64,000 nt of DNA from Sphyrna mokarran (lineage: Eukaryota): positions 17,918,001-17,982,000 of the forward strand of contig JAGIQG010000014.1 of NCBI GenBank assembly GCA_024679065.1. The letters are read 5' to 3'. Below, piece by piece: positions 1-12,320 of the stretch. How positions within the stretch are numbered: position 1 is the first letter of the stretch; each line of letters opens with the position of its first letter. The notes under the pieces were generated by a model. It was given only the letters and a program-made list of their open reading frames with translations. It was not told the origin of the DNA and ran no database searches. The translations under genes were made by a program, and so were the position numbers.

Positions 1-449
1 ATTTAGCAAGGGATGGACCAATGTCCAAAAACCCTGGGAAGTATGAAAAACCCTCAAGGTTTTTTTTTGACTGACCTTTCTGTCTTATTTTCTCTGAATG
101 TTTGAATTATTTTTAAAAAAACAAATATTTGTATGTTGGGATAAAGTTTTCCTGCTGGAATGTGGAGGAGACTGAGATTCCTGCCATCATGTGGCGTGTC
201 GCTGTTTACTCGGAAGGAAGTGAGATTTGAGGAACAATATTGACAAACAGATGAGAACAGGAATGGATCGGATAAACTTTTTTCTGCTGTAAAGCATTTA
301 TTTATATCTGAAAATGTAAGAATGGGACAGAGAGGGAAAGTGGGGTTGCGTGGCGGGGGCAGGGAGCGTGGGTGTTATTGTAAGGGAAAACTCCCTTGGC
401 CTGAGAAGACAACCATTTCAACAGCAACATGCGGGTAGAATGAAAAAAA

Positions 450-845
450 GTGCCTTTATATAGTTACTTTCTCATCCTCGGTATGTCTCAAAGTGCTTGT
501 CATGTAATTAGGTATTTTCGAGGTGTGGTTACTGGTATTTCTGTAAATATTACAACCAATTTGCACACAATAAAGTCATAGCAATGTCACAACAACCTGA
601 TAATCTGAGTGATGTTGGTTAAGGGATCTAAATTAACCAGGAGATGATGGAGAACACCCAATTGAGCTTTGGGGGTTTAACGTACAACTAAGGGGCTCAC
701 AGGACCTTGATTTAACATCTTATGTACAGACCTCTGATAATGCAGCAGTCCCTCAGTATTGTGCTGAATGCAATCTAGAGTGGTGTACTTGAGAGTCTGG
801 AATGGGACTTGAAACTGTGACTTTCTGATTTAGGGCAGAGAGAAC
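450..845 (-). mobile_element. Deu-domain SINE (SacSINE/AmnSINE-like), decayed
   Basis: The reverse strand has a tRNA-like head (GGAATGGGACTTGAA on +), a Deu-like core (CTGATAATGCAGCAGTCCCTCAGTA; CAATGTCACAACAACCTGATAATCTG) and the tail TTTATATAG. It aligns by eye to the copies at 11945 and 55290. Confidence 0.65.
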
Positions 846-1984
846 AACATTTTTGAAAAATGCACATGCTTGTTGACTTTGAAATAAATTGCCACCTTTT
901 CCCAACTCCCCCCCACCTCCCACCCACCAAGTCCAAAACCAGACAGACTAGTTATAGGTGAAATCAGTAATGTAGTCAGTGCCAAGTTCCATATTCTCTG
1001 AGTGTGGAAACTGTTCTCACCCGAAAAGTTAAAGTGGTGTTAGTGATGCTGAACCTCCAACTCAATCCCAGCAGACAGGGCATTGAACAGAAAGAACACT
1101 TGGCACTGATACTGGTGTTTGGATGTCGTGACTGAGCCTTTGGTTACAGAGTTGTGCTGTGGTTTTACACTTTACCAGAGCTTTTTGATTCAGTTGAGTG
1201 ACTTGTTGCTCCCTTTTTACCTTCTACATGGGGAATCAATGACCATTGTGCCAGGGAAGCCCATGGTGGAAAGGCACGGAACGAGCTCCCTCTTTTTACT
1301 AAAACCAGTGGCCTTAACCAATGGAATATTCACAGCCCTGTGTCTGGAAACTCAGATAACTGTGCAGTACAGCAAAAAAAGGGATCTCTGAACATCTGCA
1401 CCTCAGTGCTATAAAATTCTTACAAAGGAATGGGGATAGCAACATGACTGAGACACTGAATACTCCAGTCAGTTTATAGCTCTTACTTGAAGTTCGAACA
1501 TTGAAGTTGCCTTATTGCTTTCAAAAGAACTCTGTCTTTACTTAGGGAAAAAAACCATTTTCTTTACTCATTTAACAACATAGTATGACATTTGTGTTAG
1601 AGCAGCTTATTTGCATGGGACATTCCCATGATGATAATACAGACCAGTGCTCCCTCCTGGGGGAAAAAAGAATTTTTGTGAAGTCTTTTCCCCCATTAAT
1701 TCTCTCCTGAGAGTTCCCTCCGCTCCTTCTCGAATCACTGCTTTTTGATGACTAATGGGTCAAAACTGGACACCAAACCTTGAAGAGTCTGAGTTTTACT
1801 CTTTCATGTAGTGCGTTTTCCATTCCCTTCTAACCCCACAACTCACTTCCCTCCTCTCCGACTCAGGAAGACACAGGCCGGCACAAGGGATCCAGCTACT
1901 CCCAGGGTTGAATTCAGCCAACTCACACTGACACAACAATCACGGTGCCTTCATAACCTGTACAACAGACTCAGCAATGAACTA

Positions 1985-2165
1985 TTCTTTATTCGGGGTC
2001 CAGGCATCGCTGGCTGGACCAGAATTTCAGTAAGAAGTCTCACAAGACCAGGTTAAGGTCCAACAGGTTTATTTGGTAGCAAACACCAGCTTTCGGAGCA
2101 CTTTTGCCATGGAGAAAGTGGTGGTGAGCCGCCTTCTCGAACCCTTGCAGTCCGTGTCCTGGAGG
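1985..2165 (-). mobile_element. 3' end of a CR1/L2-group LINE, interrupted by a Penelope terminal fragment
   Basis: The minus frame reads HGLQGFEKAAHHHFL (an ORF2 C-terminus-type motif), and the tail CCAGCCAGCGATGCC matches 50485-50672. The element is split at 2028-2102. Confidence 0.6.
2028..2102 (-). mobile_element. Penelope-like terminal repeat fragment
   Basis: CAGTAAGAAGTCTCACAAGACCAGGTTAAGGTCCAACAGGTTTATTTGGTAGC closely matches the end of the Penelope element at 32758. It ends in a half hammerhead (minus strand GTGCTCCGAAAGCTG). Confidence 0.8.
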
Positions 2166-3214
2166 AACCCAGTTTATTTTTAATAACACACAGATCTGAC
2201 TGATAATTGTGTCTTCTAACACTGTGATCCCAGAGCCTTATGGGGTGATATCACTGATGGCATGGCATGGTTTTTAATATACATACCAATAACAAGGCTG
2301 ATTTAGTTACTGCCCTGTGTGTTTAATATTGGAACTGATTGTTAGGATAGCTTAAGGGAGCCCTCTGGCATTGATGGAGTACAGATCTTACTGGACAGTG
2401 GTCATTAGATCAATCAGGCAAAGGTTCCCAGCGATGTTCAGAAGATCCTGGGGAATGTTAAAGCCCATCAAAGCTTTCTCTCAGTTTTGTTTTCCATTTG
2501 AATTGGAGTTTGAATCTTCTTTATTAGGCAGTGCTTAATGTCCCTAATTAACTGAGACAAAGGCTCTGGTTACACGGGAGGGCCTCCTGAAACATGTGGG
2601 AATTGGGGAATATCCTGAGGAAAGCAGCATCTGAAGCATGCCTGCTAATCCATTAGAGAAAACCTACATTTATGTAAACACCTCACAAAGGAGATTAAGC
2701 ACTTTAAATAATTGGACAGCCAAGAGGGGAAACACACTGGATCCACAGCACTCCGAGAAAGAACAGAAAACTGTATCTGCCCTTGGGAATTCTGTTAGAA
2801 GTTGAGGATTGAGGCCTTCTGTGACGGTTGAATTTACGGTAGTTTTATTGCGATAATGGACTAACTGAGTTATTACCACGGCAAATCCTATCACTGAAGG
2901 CACACAAAGAAGTTGCCATCTGAACTGCTGCCACGGGAACCAAATGCAGGCTTCTGATGGGCCTAATAGGCACCAGCAGCGCACTGCAAGCAAATGCAGG
3001 GAGAATGGAGCTGGTAGGCCATAGGTCTCTGTCTGACTCTCGTTTTCCCTGTGGCTTGTCAACAACATGATAACACCAGCACATTTGACAGGGCTGCCTC
3101 AGACTGCAGCTCCCGTTTACACTACAGTTACACTGCTGTTGCCAGAGTGCCAGCAACAGCAGAAGGGTGCCTGCATGGGGCAAAGACTGCGGATTATCAC
3201 TGGATGAATGAAGA

Positions 3215-3415
3215 GGAAGTCGCAATAGTATTTCTCTATGAGACAGCTATTAGAACATGGAACGCTTTGCCACAAGAGGCTGATGAGATAACGACGAAAA
3301 TGCTAACGAGCAGGGATTTGGATAATGTATCACGTAATAGAAGAAGGAAAAGAGGCAGGACAGGGAAAGGATGAAGAGTTAGTGCCAGGAAATGCATGAT
3401 GGACCAAATATTGTC
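3215..3415 (+). mobile_element. old CR1 LINE 3' remnant
   Basis: The frame encodes IRTWNALPQEA (CR1 ORF2 C-terminal WN-LP motif), followed by a GATGGACCAAAT tail-like sequence. Confidence 0.5.
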
Positions 3416-3609
3416 ATGAGTGTGAATCTAAAGTTTCAAAGTTTCAACAAGACGTGCAACATTTATTCTCTGAAAGCATGCTAGATAGGAGCGAGGGAGT
3501 AGTACGTGGGTCAATGTGGATGAGTGAGCTGCCAGATGAAATTTAGGTGCCTGGTATAGCTTGTATTGGCCGGCAGTGGTCCAACGGCACAAGGAAATGC
3601 AAAGACTTC

Positions 3610-3930
3610 TTGTGATGTTTCCTGAACTGGAACCAGGGGGCACAGTTCAAAAATTAAGGTTCCCCCATTGAAAGATGGTGATGAGGGGGAATTCTTTTCT
3701 CTGAGTGTTGTGCGTCTGTGGAACTCTCTCCTCCAGGGAGTAGTGGAGGCTGAGTCACAGAATAACTTTGAGGCTGAGTTACATCGATTTTTGTTCTGCA
3801 AGGGAGTCAAAGGTCATGTGAGTGGCGGGAAGACAGGAAAGTGGAGTTGAGATCACAATCAGATCAGCCATGACTTTATCAAATGGTTCAGGAAGGGCGA
3901 GGGGCTGAATGGTTCTTTGTGTTCTTGATG
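3610..3930 (+). mobile_element. CR1 (HER1-like) LINE 3' end
   Basis: ORF 3668-3850 reads FFSLSVVRLWNSLLQGVVEAES..FEAELHRFL, a typical CR1 ORF2 end. The 3' UTR contains ATCAGATCAGCCATGA...GAGGGGCTGAATGG. Confidence 0.85.
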
Positions 3931-4364
3931 GCATTTCAAGACAATAAGTATTGTACTAACCCTGCCTTATTACCTTGCAATCCTGGGATGGAGGTATTGT
4001 AAGTCCAGTGCTAAATATTTCACAGAACAAAGAAATCAACTTGCTTTGTTTTTCAAAACAGAACTAATTTTTGGATGTCCAAAAGTTCCTCTGTCCCAAC
4101 CCCATTCGGCCTGAATTAGCTGATTGACTGCAAAGCTCAAATTAGTCATTGCATCCTTGGGTGAGAGGTAAATAGAAAAGTGAAAGGTTTTTATTCTTCT
4201 TCATTCCCCACTGCTGGGATGTATTTGTGTGCGGCCATTGGGTAAGAACAAGATTAAGTTTGAAATACAAACATTGCATTTTTGTTCCAAGGAGAAATGA
4301 AATTAATTTGAAGATGATTTTCTTGCAGAAGTCTGGGTTGGCAGGTGTTGGGGAATAAGGGTCA

Positions 4365-4580
4365 CTGACACATATATGTCCAGGTGCACAGATATAAACA
4401 CGTGCACACAAGCGCACCCATTCAACCACAAACAGACACACACACACACACACAGCCCTTAATGCTCATACCCAGATATACATAGACTTTTAAATATATA
4501 CAGATGTACACACAGATGCAGACATGCACATGCATGAACACACAAACATATATTTAGATCTATGTACGTACACATGCAAT
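4365..4580. repeat. degenerate (CA)/(CACAT)-rich simple repeat
   Basis: A pure (CA)n core at about 4436-4453 sits within ACAC/ATAC-rich sequence. Confidence 0.75.
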
Positions 4581-5985
4581 AAATTAAGGCCTAAATAGTG
4601 CCATTCAAAGTTCTTCAAGTTCCGAAGAAGGCACTTCTGGTAACACAGTAAATAGATTAAAATAGGATGCAAACCATATGAGTCCATGAAAACTTTTTTC
4701 AGATTCAGTGGAATTGTGTGTTTGAATTTTCACTGAGTCCAGATGACTCATGAACCCTTTAAAAATGTAGGTGGGCACCAATTCTAGAATTTCTGACCCC
4801 ATTTCTGGGACTTGTGATTTTCTACAGGATCTTTTAAAGGGTGGGGTTTGGTTCACAGGCCCGCACGCTGCAGTCCTGACCTGGCTGCTTCTGTCCTTGA
4901 GGAAGACATGTTCTAATTTTCCACATAATGTGGCCCACCTTTCCAAAGTATCGTGGTTCACAGCCCCTCTGAGGTGTCATAAAACATAGTTTGATTAAGG
5001 TAACCTTTGGAATTGTAAGTTCAAAAGGACCCCCTCATGCCCCCTATACTAGACTATGCACCTCCACCAAATCATCCCAATTTTTCCTCAGCCAGGTTCT
5101 TGCTCAAGACTCCAGAAGTGAGTACATATGAACATTAGGTAAGATGTATCAGACCTGGCTGTTTAGTTGCGTAGTCTAATGAGACACACGCAAAGCAAGT
5201 GAGATTTTAAGCTACTTAAACCCATTCGCTTACACAACGCTGGAATCAGGCCCAGTGGCTCACAGTCCAAGAACAGCCACTTGGTGAGGAACTTAAACCT
5301 TGAATTCCCACATGAGCATGAAGTACTGTGTTTATGGAACAAAGCATTTTGGGAGGTGCTTTGGACTCCATTGCTATGTACATGGATAAACTCTTTGATA
5401 ACAGTAAATCTCTTAGTTATTCTTTAATTTACTGCTAGACGATTTTATAGACAGTAACTTCCAGCTACACTGTGAAGAATAATTTATATAATATACTCTT
5501 ACAAAGATGATAAAGACTTAAAGAATGTCTGAAATTGTGAAGACAAAATTACATTTTTCTTCAACTCTAATGCAAGTCCCTCTTTAAAAGTTTAATTTCA
5601 TATTGCTGGCTAAATCTTTTAATAATTAATTTATTCAGGCAAATTTATGTGGAAACCAGAAAATTAATTTTAGTAAACCCGTAACATTGGAAAGGAATTT
5701 GCATTTGTTTTCTTTTTAATCTTTGGGTGATTTTAGTGAAATGATTACTGGTGAAAAGTAATTCAATCAAGATTTACTCAAAAGGTATGCAAATCAGTTA
5801 AGTTGTTTTGCTGTGATTACTTGGGCCAGTTTCAGTTTGGGGTATATTTATCTTGGAGTGGATGGATCTTTTGTGAAAATAATTATGGAGCTAGAAATCA
5901 TGCAATTGGCCCAGCTTTGTTGGTAATTGATTGGTTATTCTTAACTGACAAGAGAAATATGTGGTCCCTAATATCACACTCATCA

Positions 5986-6365
5986 GGGAAATGGTGGCAT
6001 AGTGGTAACATCACTGAACTTGTAATCCTGAGGCCCAGACTAATTCTCTGGGGACATGCATTCAAATCCCACAATGGTAGCTAATGGAATTTAAATTCAA
6101 TAAATGTAAAAAAAAATAACGGAATTGAAAAGCTTACCTCAGGAGTAATAGAATATTGATTGTCATCAAAATCTATCTGGTTCACTAATGTCATTCAGGG
6201 AAGGAAATCTGCCATCCTTATCTGGTCTGGATTACATGTGACTCCAGACCACAGCAATGTGGTTGACTCTGAAAAATGGCAAGCCACTTGGTTCAAGGCC
6301 AATTAGAAATGGGCAAGAAATACCAGTTTTTCCAGAGACACTCACTTCCCATTGAAAGAATAAAG
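5986..6365 (+). mobile_element. tRNA-derived SINE with a LINE-type tail (not HE1)
   Basis: A-box-like TGGCATAGTGG and B-box-like TTCAAATCCC are present. The body GGTTCACTAATGTC..AGGGAAGGAAATCTGCCATC recurs at 19620, and the tail resembles the LINE end at 50485-50672. Confidence 0.7.
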
Positions 6366-6972
6366 TAGTAGAAATGATTTGGGAATGGACACTGCAAAGT
6401 GTCTAAGTTTGTGAATGCGATTAGATGCAAAGGCCAATGAAAGCACCCATAAATCCAGTCTGATTTGCACAGGTCAGGTCAGTTGGCAGGGGGAGTTCAA
6501 CACAAACCAGGGAGTTGGATAGAATGATATTGGCGATTACCTCATAACAGGTGAGAATTTCCGGCCTTTGGGGCGAGCGCGGTCTGCAAAGGTCTATGTC
6601 CTGCCTGCTATGTTTCCTGTGGGGAGTGGGACAGAAACATTCCACCAAACATAGTTAAGAACAGGACAGTGATCCAGAGTGTTTGAATAAGTCCTTGAAA
6701 TTATTATTTGCTGGCAGTTATGAAAGCGATATAACATTGGATAGATGTGGATATGTCTGAGGAAGAGATGTTGAAGTTGTTCTGTCCTTATTAATACAGC
6801 ACTGTGATCTCCAAATTGCAGGGAATTACTAGGTCCAGAGGAGACAGATGAGGCTGATTCCTTAACTTTGAAAGTTGCAGCATGAGGAAAATTGGGCTGT
6901 CCTGGAACTTCACTCAAAGAGGATGGGGGAACTTGATGGAGGATTTAGGCAGTTGGCTGATAGTTGGATTCA

Positions 6973-7071
6973 TTGGGCAGGATTCTCTGACCGTTCATGC
7001 CAGTGAGCACTGAATTCTCCATCCTTGCTGGCAGTGGTGGCAGGGCATGAACAGCAGGAGAATTGCGCCAA
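6973..7071. mobile_element. short palindromic MITE-like element
   Basis: Imperfect terminal inverted repeats: TTGGGCAGGATTCTCTGACCGTTCATGCC ... GGCATGAACAGCAGGAGAATTGCGCCAA. Confidence 0.5.
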
Positions 7072-7823
7072 CAACTAGGAACACGTTATAAAATTAATGA
7101 CTCTAGAAAAAATGGACAACTAAGGCAATTTTTTTATTCGTGGGAGGGAAATAGAAAAATGGCATAGATTCTGGGGAGGTGTGACAGAAAACCACCGCAG
7201 AGTTTAAAAGGAAAAGGAGTTGCTGAATTCTTATTTGGAAAATGGATAAAGGGTAATCAATTCCATGATAAAGTAAGAAAACCGTTGGGTGGCTCAGAAG
7301 GGTCGGTGCACAGAACAATGGTTCGCTCAAAACATCAGCACTTTAAGTTGAAATGAATCTCTTCATATTGTTTCGGGGCAGGTCCATCAGCTCTCAAATT
7401 CATGGAACGTAACTGGATTGATGAGATGTTGTGGGCGAAATTCAAGTTTGGCAGAGGGGAAGTATGGGCAGTAAGCCGTTTATATACCCTGCCCAATTAG
7501 AAAGGGGAATGCGCAAGAAAATGTTGAAGTTTATGATTGGCCTGGTGATAAATGCCTTACCGTGGTCCTCTATTAGGCAGGCCTCCCAGATTGAACAGTG
7601 CTGGCCTACTTTCACCCCTTCATGCAATGAGAGCTTATTGATCCTGGAGTGCATTTCAGGCCATCTCAGATTGACCGCAAAGATTACCAGTTTAAAAGAG
7701 GGAAGTAAAAAGGAGGCCATTATTTTTATTTCAAGCATACTGTTCAATATTGGAAGGTAATGGAGGTTGTCGAGATGTCAAATGCTGGCAAGGGTTAATA
7801 AGGTTAAACAGACAGTGCTGGGG

Positions 7824-7837
7824 GTATCCATAGCAAC
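7824..7837. promoter_or_regulatory. RFX X-box-like site
   Basis: GTATCCATAGCAAC fits the 14-bp X-box pattern RTHNYYWTRRNRAC and lies in a repeat-free block. Confidence 0.35.
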
Positions 7838-8702
7838 AGAAGGTTGGTTTAAAACTTGGGGCTAATAAATATGGATTTCTGTGTAAAAGCGGAGAGTCAG
7901 GTGTGTACTGCCTTTCAGTCCAGTGTGTTATTGTGGTGGGCCGCTGTAATGTTGTGTGGAAATGGATGGTTGCCGTGAGGTTGCATGGTTATTACATGTA
8001 ATTGATTACTCGGTCAGGCTTGTGCTTTGCCACCAGGCCTGTCTCATCTCCATATGTCTGGTGTTGAAATACAGGGACCAGCTGGTCATTCAGAAAGCTG
8101 AGACTGATACACTGATTCTTCCTTTTGGGCATCAGAGTGGAGGATGGGGACGTGCTTCAAAAAACGCATTGTGTTTAAAAGAAATCATCTAAATCAGTGA
8201 TGCATTTTTTTCAGCGCCTTACAGTTTAACCCCATTAACTTTCAGTTTTACAGAGCACAGTAATGGGTATTCATCCCAACTTATTACTCCATCCCAATAT
8301 AGCCTAGAAATTACGTTGAGGGATATTAGTGAATAAACACTGAATACATCTGTAAGCTGATCCTGCCAAAAACAATTTCTAGGCTGTACATGTTTAATAA
8401 TGAAAGGAGGAAGGAAGGATGTGCTTTGATACAGATACTGACCCTATCTCTTAAAAACATTCCAAACAATGAATTAGTTCAATATTATTATTTAGGTAAA
8501 CATCTATGGTAATGACTGATCAGATAGCAAATCCCGCTGAAAGCAATGGGATGAATGACCCGTTCATCTCGTTTAGTGTGGGTTGAAAGAAGACCGCTGA
8601 CTTGAGTCATAAGGAAAACTTGCTGTTCTTTGAAGAGTGTTTTGGTATCTTTAGAACAGAGTTTTCCCTGGGGCTTCGGGAGCCCCATCGCAAAGATCAA
8701 AT

Positions 8703-8718
8703 GGGGGGGGGGGGGGGG
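8703..8718. repeat. poly-G tract (G16)
   Basis: 16 consecutive G. Confidence 0.95.
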
Positions 8719-9010
8719 TCCCGATTGGCCACCTTTTCCTTGTCAGCTCAACCTTTCTAATTGGCTGTCTTCACCTGTATTGCCAAATTGAAGATGGCTG
8801 GCAGGCTCTTAGTCGGCGCAGTCATAGTCCCAGCAGCTCTGGAGCCTTGGCAGCTTCACCAGAAAAGGACTGTGACTGTGACTCAGCATGGAGGAACTCT
8901 TGGAGATGATAATTAAATTAAAAACTAAGATGGATTGAAAGCTTTGAGGCGCCTTGGGGCGATCAGAAATCACTCCAGAGGGTGGATGGTGTGGCCTTTC
9001 ATGCTTATGC

Positions 9011-9011
<1 letters not shown>

Positions 9012-9044
<33 letters not shown>
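9012..9044. repeat. poly-C tract (C33)
   Basis: 33 consecutive C. Confidence 0.95.
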
Positions 9045-9045
<1 letters not shown>

Positions 9046-9664
9046 CCTCCCCACACCCCTCACCTTCAAACCTGTCTCCTTAGGGCTGGGAAGTCCTTAG
9101 TGTTCAGCTGAAGCACAGAAAAGTTTCACATTTCATCTGAAGAGCAGAATTTCTGACAATGCCCTACCCCCTCCTTGTATATCTCAGGATGCACAGACAG
9201 ATGGATTAGATGGGCGTATGGTCCACATTTGTAAGCAGTGTTTGCGACCTTGGACTGTAGTATTCCCCTGATCAATAAATTGATATCTCAGAGTTCATTA
9301 GTCATTGGACTGCGGATGAGATCAGGCTTGACTATGATGTCTTCCATGACTGAATTTATTCTCAGAACGTGTGGCAATGTATGTCGAAGACCGGATGGCA
9401 CGTAATTTTGGCAGAGTAGAAGAACAAAATTTGCATAAACTGAGCAATCGCAAACTGACACTCACAGCAAACTTGCCTGATGGTATTCACTGATTAGGAT
9501 TACACCAGACACAAGCCGTGGTAAAGATTACCAAAACAAAAAAGGAGAGAATTTTGATTGAATAAAATGAGAGACTCCAAGTAAATGTTTCAAAAATAAC
9601 ATTCATATTGAAAATACATCACAAATTAAATTTATTACTGTGTATGTGCATAGCAAAGGAGAAA

Positions 9665-10275
9665 TTTGCACTTGCAGAGTATCTTCACAATCTCCCTATA
9701 GATAATTAAATATTTTTGAAACTTAGCAGCCAATTTGCATGGGTTTAGGAAACTGGAGCAACTGTTCATCACAAAATGCTGTTACATCACTGGAGATGGC
9801 AGACAGATCCTCTGTTCAATATCTTATCCAAAGGACAGTAGCTCCAACAATGTTGCACCTCCTCAGTACTGCACTGGACTGCCAGTGTAGATAATGTGCT
9901 CAGGTATCTCGAATGGGGGTTGAACTCATATGTTTAAGTTTATTTATTGGTATCGCGGGTAGGCTTACATTAACAGTGCAATGAAGTTACTGTAAAAATC
10001 TCCTAGTTGCCACACTTCAGGTACACTGAGGGGGAATTTAGCATGGCCAATGCACCTAACCAGCATGTCTTTTGAAATTGGGAGGAAACGAGAATACCTG
10101 GAGGAAACACATACGGATACGGGGAGAATGAGCAAACTCCCCACAGATAGTGACCCAATCTGGGAATTGAACCCTAGTCCATGGCGCTGTGAGGCAGCAA
10201 TGCTAACCACAGTGACACCGTGCCTCCTGACTTAAAAGGTGTGAGTGTTACGAACCGAAACATGGCTGGCATCTG
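9665..10275 (-). mobile_element. Deu-domain SINE split by a V-SINE insertion
   Basis: The body 9665-9932 (CTCCAACAATGTTGCACCTCCTCAGTACTGCACTGG...GGGGGTTGAACTCA) resumes after the insert at about 10226 (CTGACTTAAAAGGTGTGAGTGTTAC). Confidence 0.6.
9935..10227 (-). mobile_element. HE1-like V-SINE, tail-B variant
   Basis: The minus strand reads GGCACGGTGTCACTGTGGTTAGCATTGCTGCCTCACAG...GGTTCAATTCC (A/B boxes), then the V-core, then a tail ending AATAAATAAACTT. Confidence 0.9.
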
Positions 10276-10738
10276 AACTCAGCAACGTACAATGTCACTT
10301 GAAATTGTAGTTGCTGTGTTAAAAATGTTATTAACAGATCCTGAGTATGTTTGTTAATGCATACTACAAATTGCATCTCGAAGATGTGTTGTCTTACTAA
10401 TCAATTTAATGCTTATTGTTTATGAAAGCTGAGACAATCTGATAAAGGAGCAAGATACAACATTGCCAACTATTGCAATAAAACCCAGCAGAAATATGTG
10501 CTTCACATTTTTTAAAAAAACCCCAAGTTTTGTGGTTCCCATAGTAGTCAATGCTGAGACATTGGCCTCTATTGACAGTCATAATCACATTGCAACTTCT
10601 GGCCATTTGCACTTGCACCAGAAATCAGAGGTTATGGTGTGGCTCAGTGGATGGTGACTCTGCCGAACAGATTTATAAAGTGGCATTGATGCTGCCCTAG
10701 CCAGCAAAGCCCATATGTCAGGACAGAATGAATCAAAA

Positions 10739-11078
10739 GGGGTGGCACGATAGCACAGTGGTTAGCACTGCTGTTTCACAGCTCCAGGGACCTGGGTTCG
10801 ATTCCTGGCTCTGGTCATTGTCTGTGAGGAATTTGCATATTCTCCTAGTGTCTGCATTGGTTTCCTCCGGGTGCTCCAGTTTCCTCCCACAGTCCAAAGC
10901 TGTGCAGGCTAAGTTGATTGCCCAAGCTAAAATTGCCCCTTAGTGCCCTAAGATGCTTAGGTTAGAGGGATTAACGGGTAATAATATGTAGGAATATAGA
11001 AGTAGGGCCTGAATGGGATTGTGGTTGGTGCAGACTTGATGGGCCGAAGGGTCTCTTTCTGCACTGTAGGGTTCTATG
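10739..11078 (+). mobile_element. HE1 V-SINE, CR1-type tail
   Basis: A box TAGCACAGTGG, B box GGTTCGATTCC, V-core GGTTTCCTCCGGGTGCTCCAGTTTCCTCCCACAGTCCAAAG, tail GGGCCGAA..TCTGCACTGTAGG. Confidence 0.92.
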
Positions 11079-11944
11079 GACCCATATTGTGTCAATTTTG
11101 GCTGATTGCCTATGACTAGTATTGGTTTGAGCATTGAATTGGTTGGAGCTGGTATCAGTACAGCCTGCTTGGTAGCACTTCCACAGCTATAAATCCTATT
11201 AAAAGGAATATACCACTTCTGTGTAACTTTCACTTGACACCTTTGCTTGATGCCAGTGCCTAAGAGAGAGGATTTTAGCTCCTCCTGTAGTATGTGCTGC
11301 TCACAGTGAAAAGCAATACCCAAAACAATCCGTTGAAACAAAATAAAAATTTGTAACGCTTGGCAATGAGAGAGGAAGATTGTCAAAAAAAACCAGAGGG
11401 AGGTGCAGTAATGTTTTTGGGAGATCCAAAGATTCTGAAATGATTTTGGTCATGTTTAACTTTGAAAGATACTGCCCTTAATCTGGATAAATGTGCACTT
11501 TGAGCAACCCCTAAGACCTTGATTTTCCATGGAAAATTGCAACATTTACAATCAGTGTCAAATGCCAGAGCATTATTATTGCAGCTGCCTAACTGCTCTA
11601 CCCAGTGTGGAACTGAGTTACACGAACCAGAAAATCCAACGTTCAAACTCTGCTCTGTATCGCTTGCTGCTCTCGTCTTCAGTCAGGTAGAGTTAACCTC
11701 AACGTCCACAGGCTATAGCCAGAAAGTTTTGTCCATATTTCTACTTCTGATTGTTATCCTTCTGGAGAGTGCCCATGTACAGATATTGGCTAAACACAGA
11801 ATTGAACTTGATTGTGATGCTGCTTGGGTTGAATAGTCTCCTGGTGGCTAATTCACAAATAAAAGAAAATCACATAGTTGAGGCGTTAGATCGGTGTTGA
11901 TCAGCGCGGAATTATTGTCCCCGGCCTGAGGCGGGAGGAAACAG

Positions 11945-12320
11945 ATTTGCATTTCTATGTGCCTCTCTGAGAAACATGCAAAATCTGTATGTGATTAATT
12001 TGACGTGCAGTTGTGCCTGCCATGCAGGAGAATGGGGCAGCCATTTTGTGCCTAGCAAGGCCCCACAAGAAACAGTAAGATGGATGACAGGTTAATCTGT
12101 TTGTCATGGTGTGGGATTGAGGCCAGTGCAGCAACAGAGAACCATTTGCTTCTCTTTGAGTGATAATCTGGAATCCTTAAAATCCTTCCAGCCAACAGAA
12201 GGAGCCTTGTTTATTGTGTCACTGAAAGATAGTGTAGCTGCCAATGCAGTGCTCCTTCAGTACTGCAGGGGAGAGGCAGCCTGGATTAAAACATCTAAAT
12301 TATGGACTGGAATTTGAAGA
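11945..12320 (-). mobile_element. Deu-domain SINE, decayed
   Basis: Tail TTGCATTTCTAT, core GGCAGCCATTTTGTG and GCCAATGCAGTGCTCCTTCAGTACTGCA, and head GGAATTTGAA. Confidence 0.6.

Noticed and set aside
10739-10815. tRNA gene (A and B boxes)
   Set aside because: It is the tRNA-derived head of a SINE followed by the V-core; the same applies to the other SINE heads.
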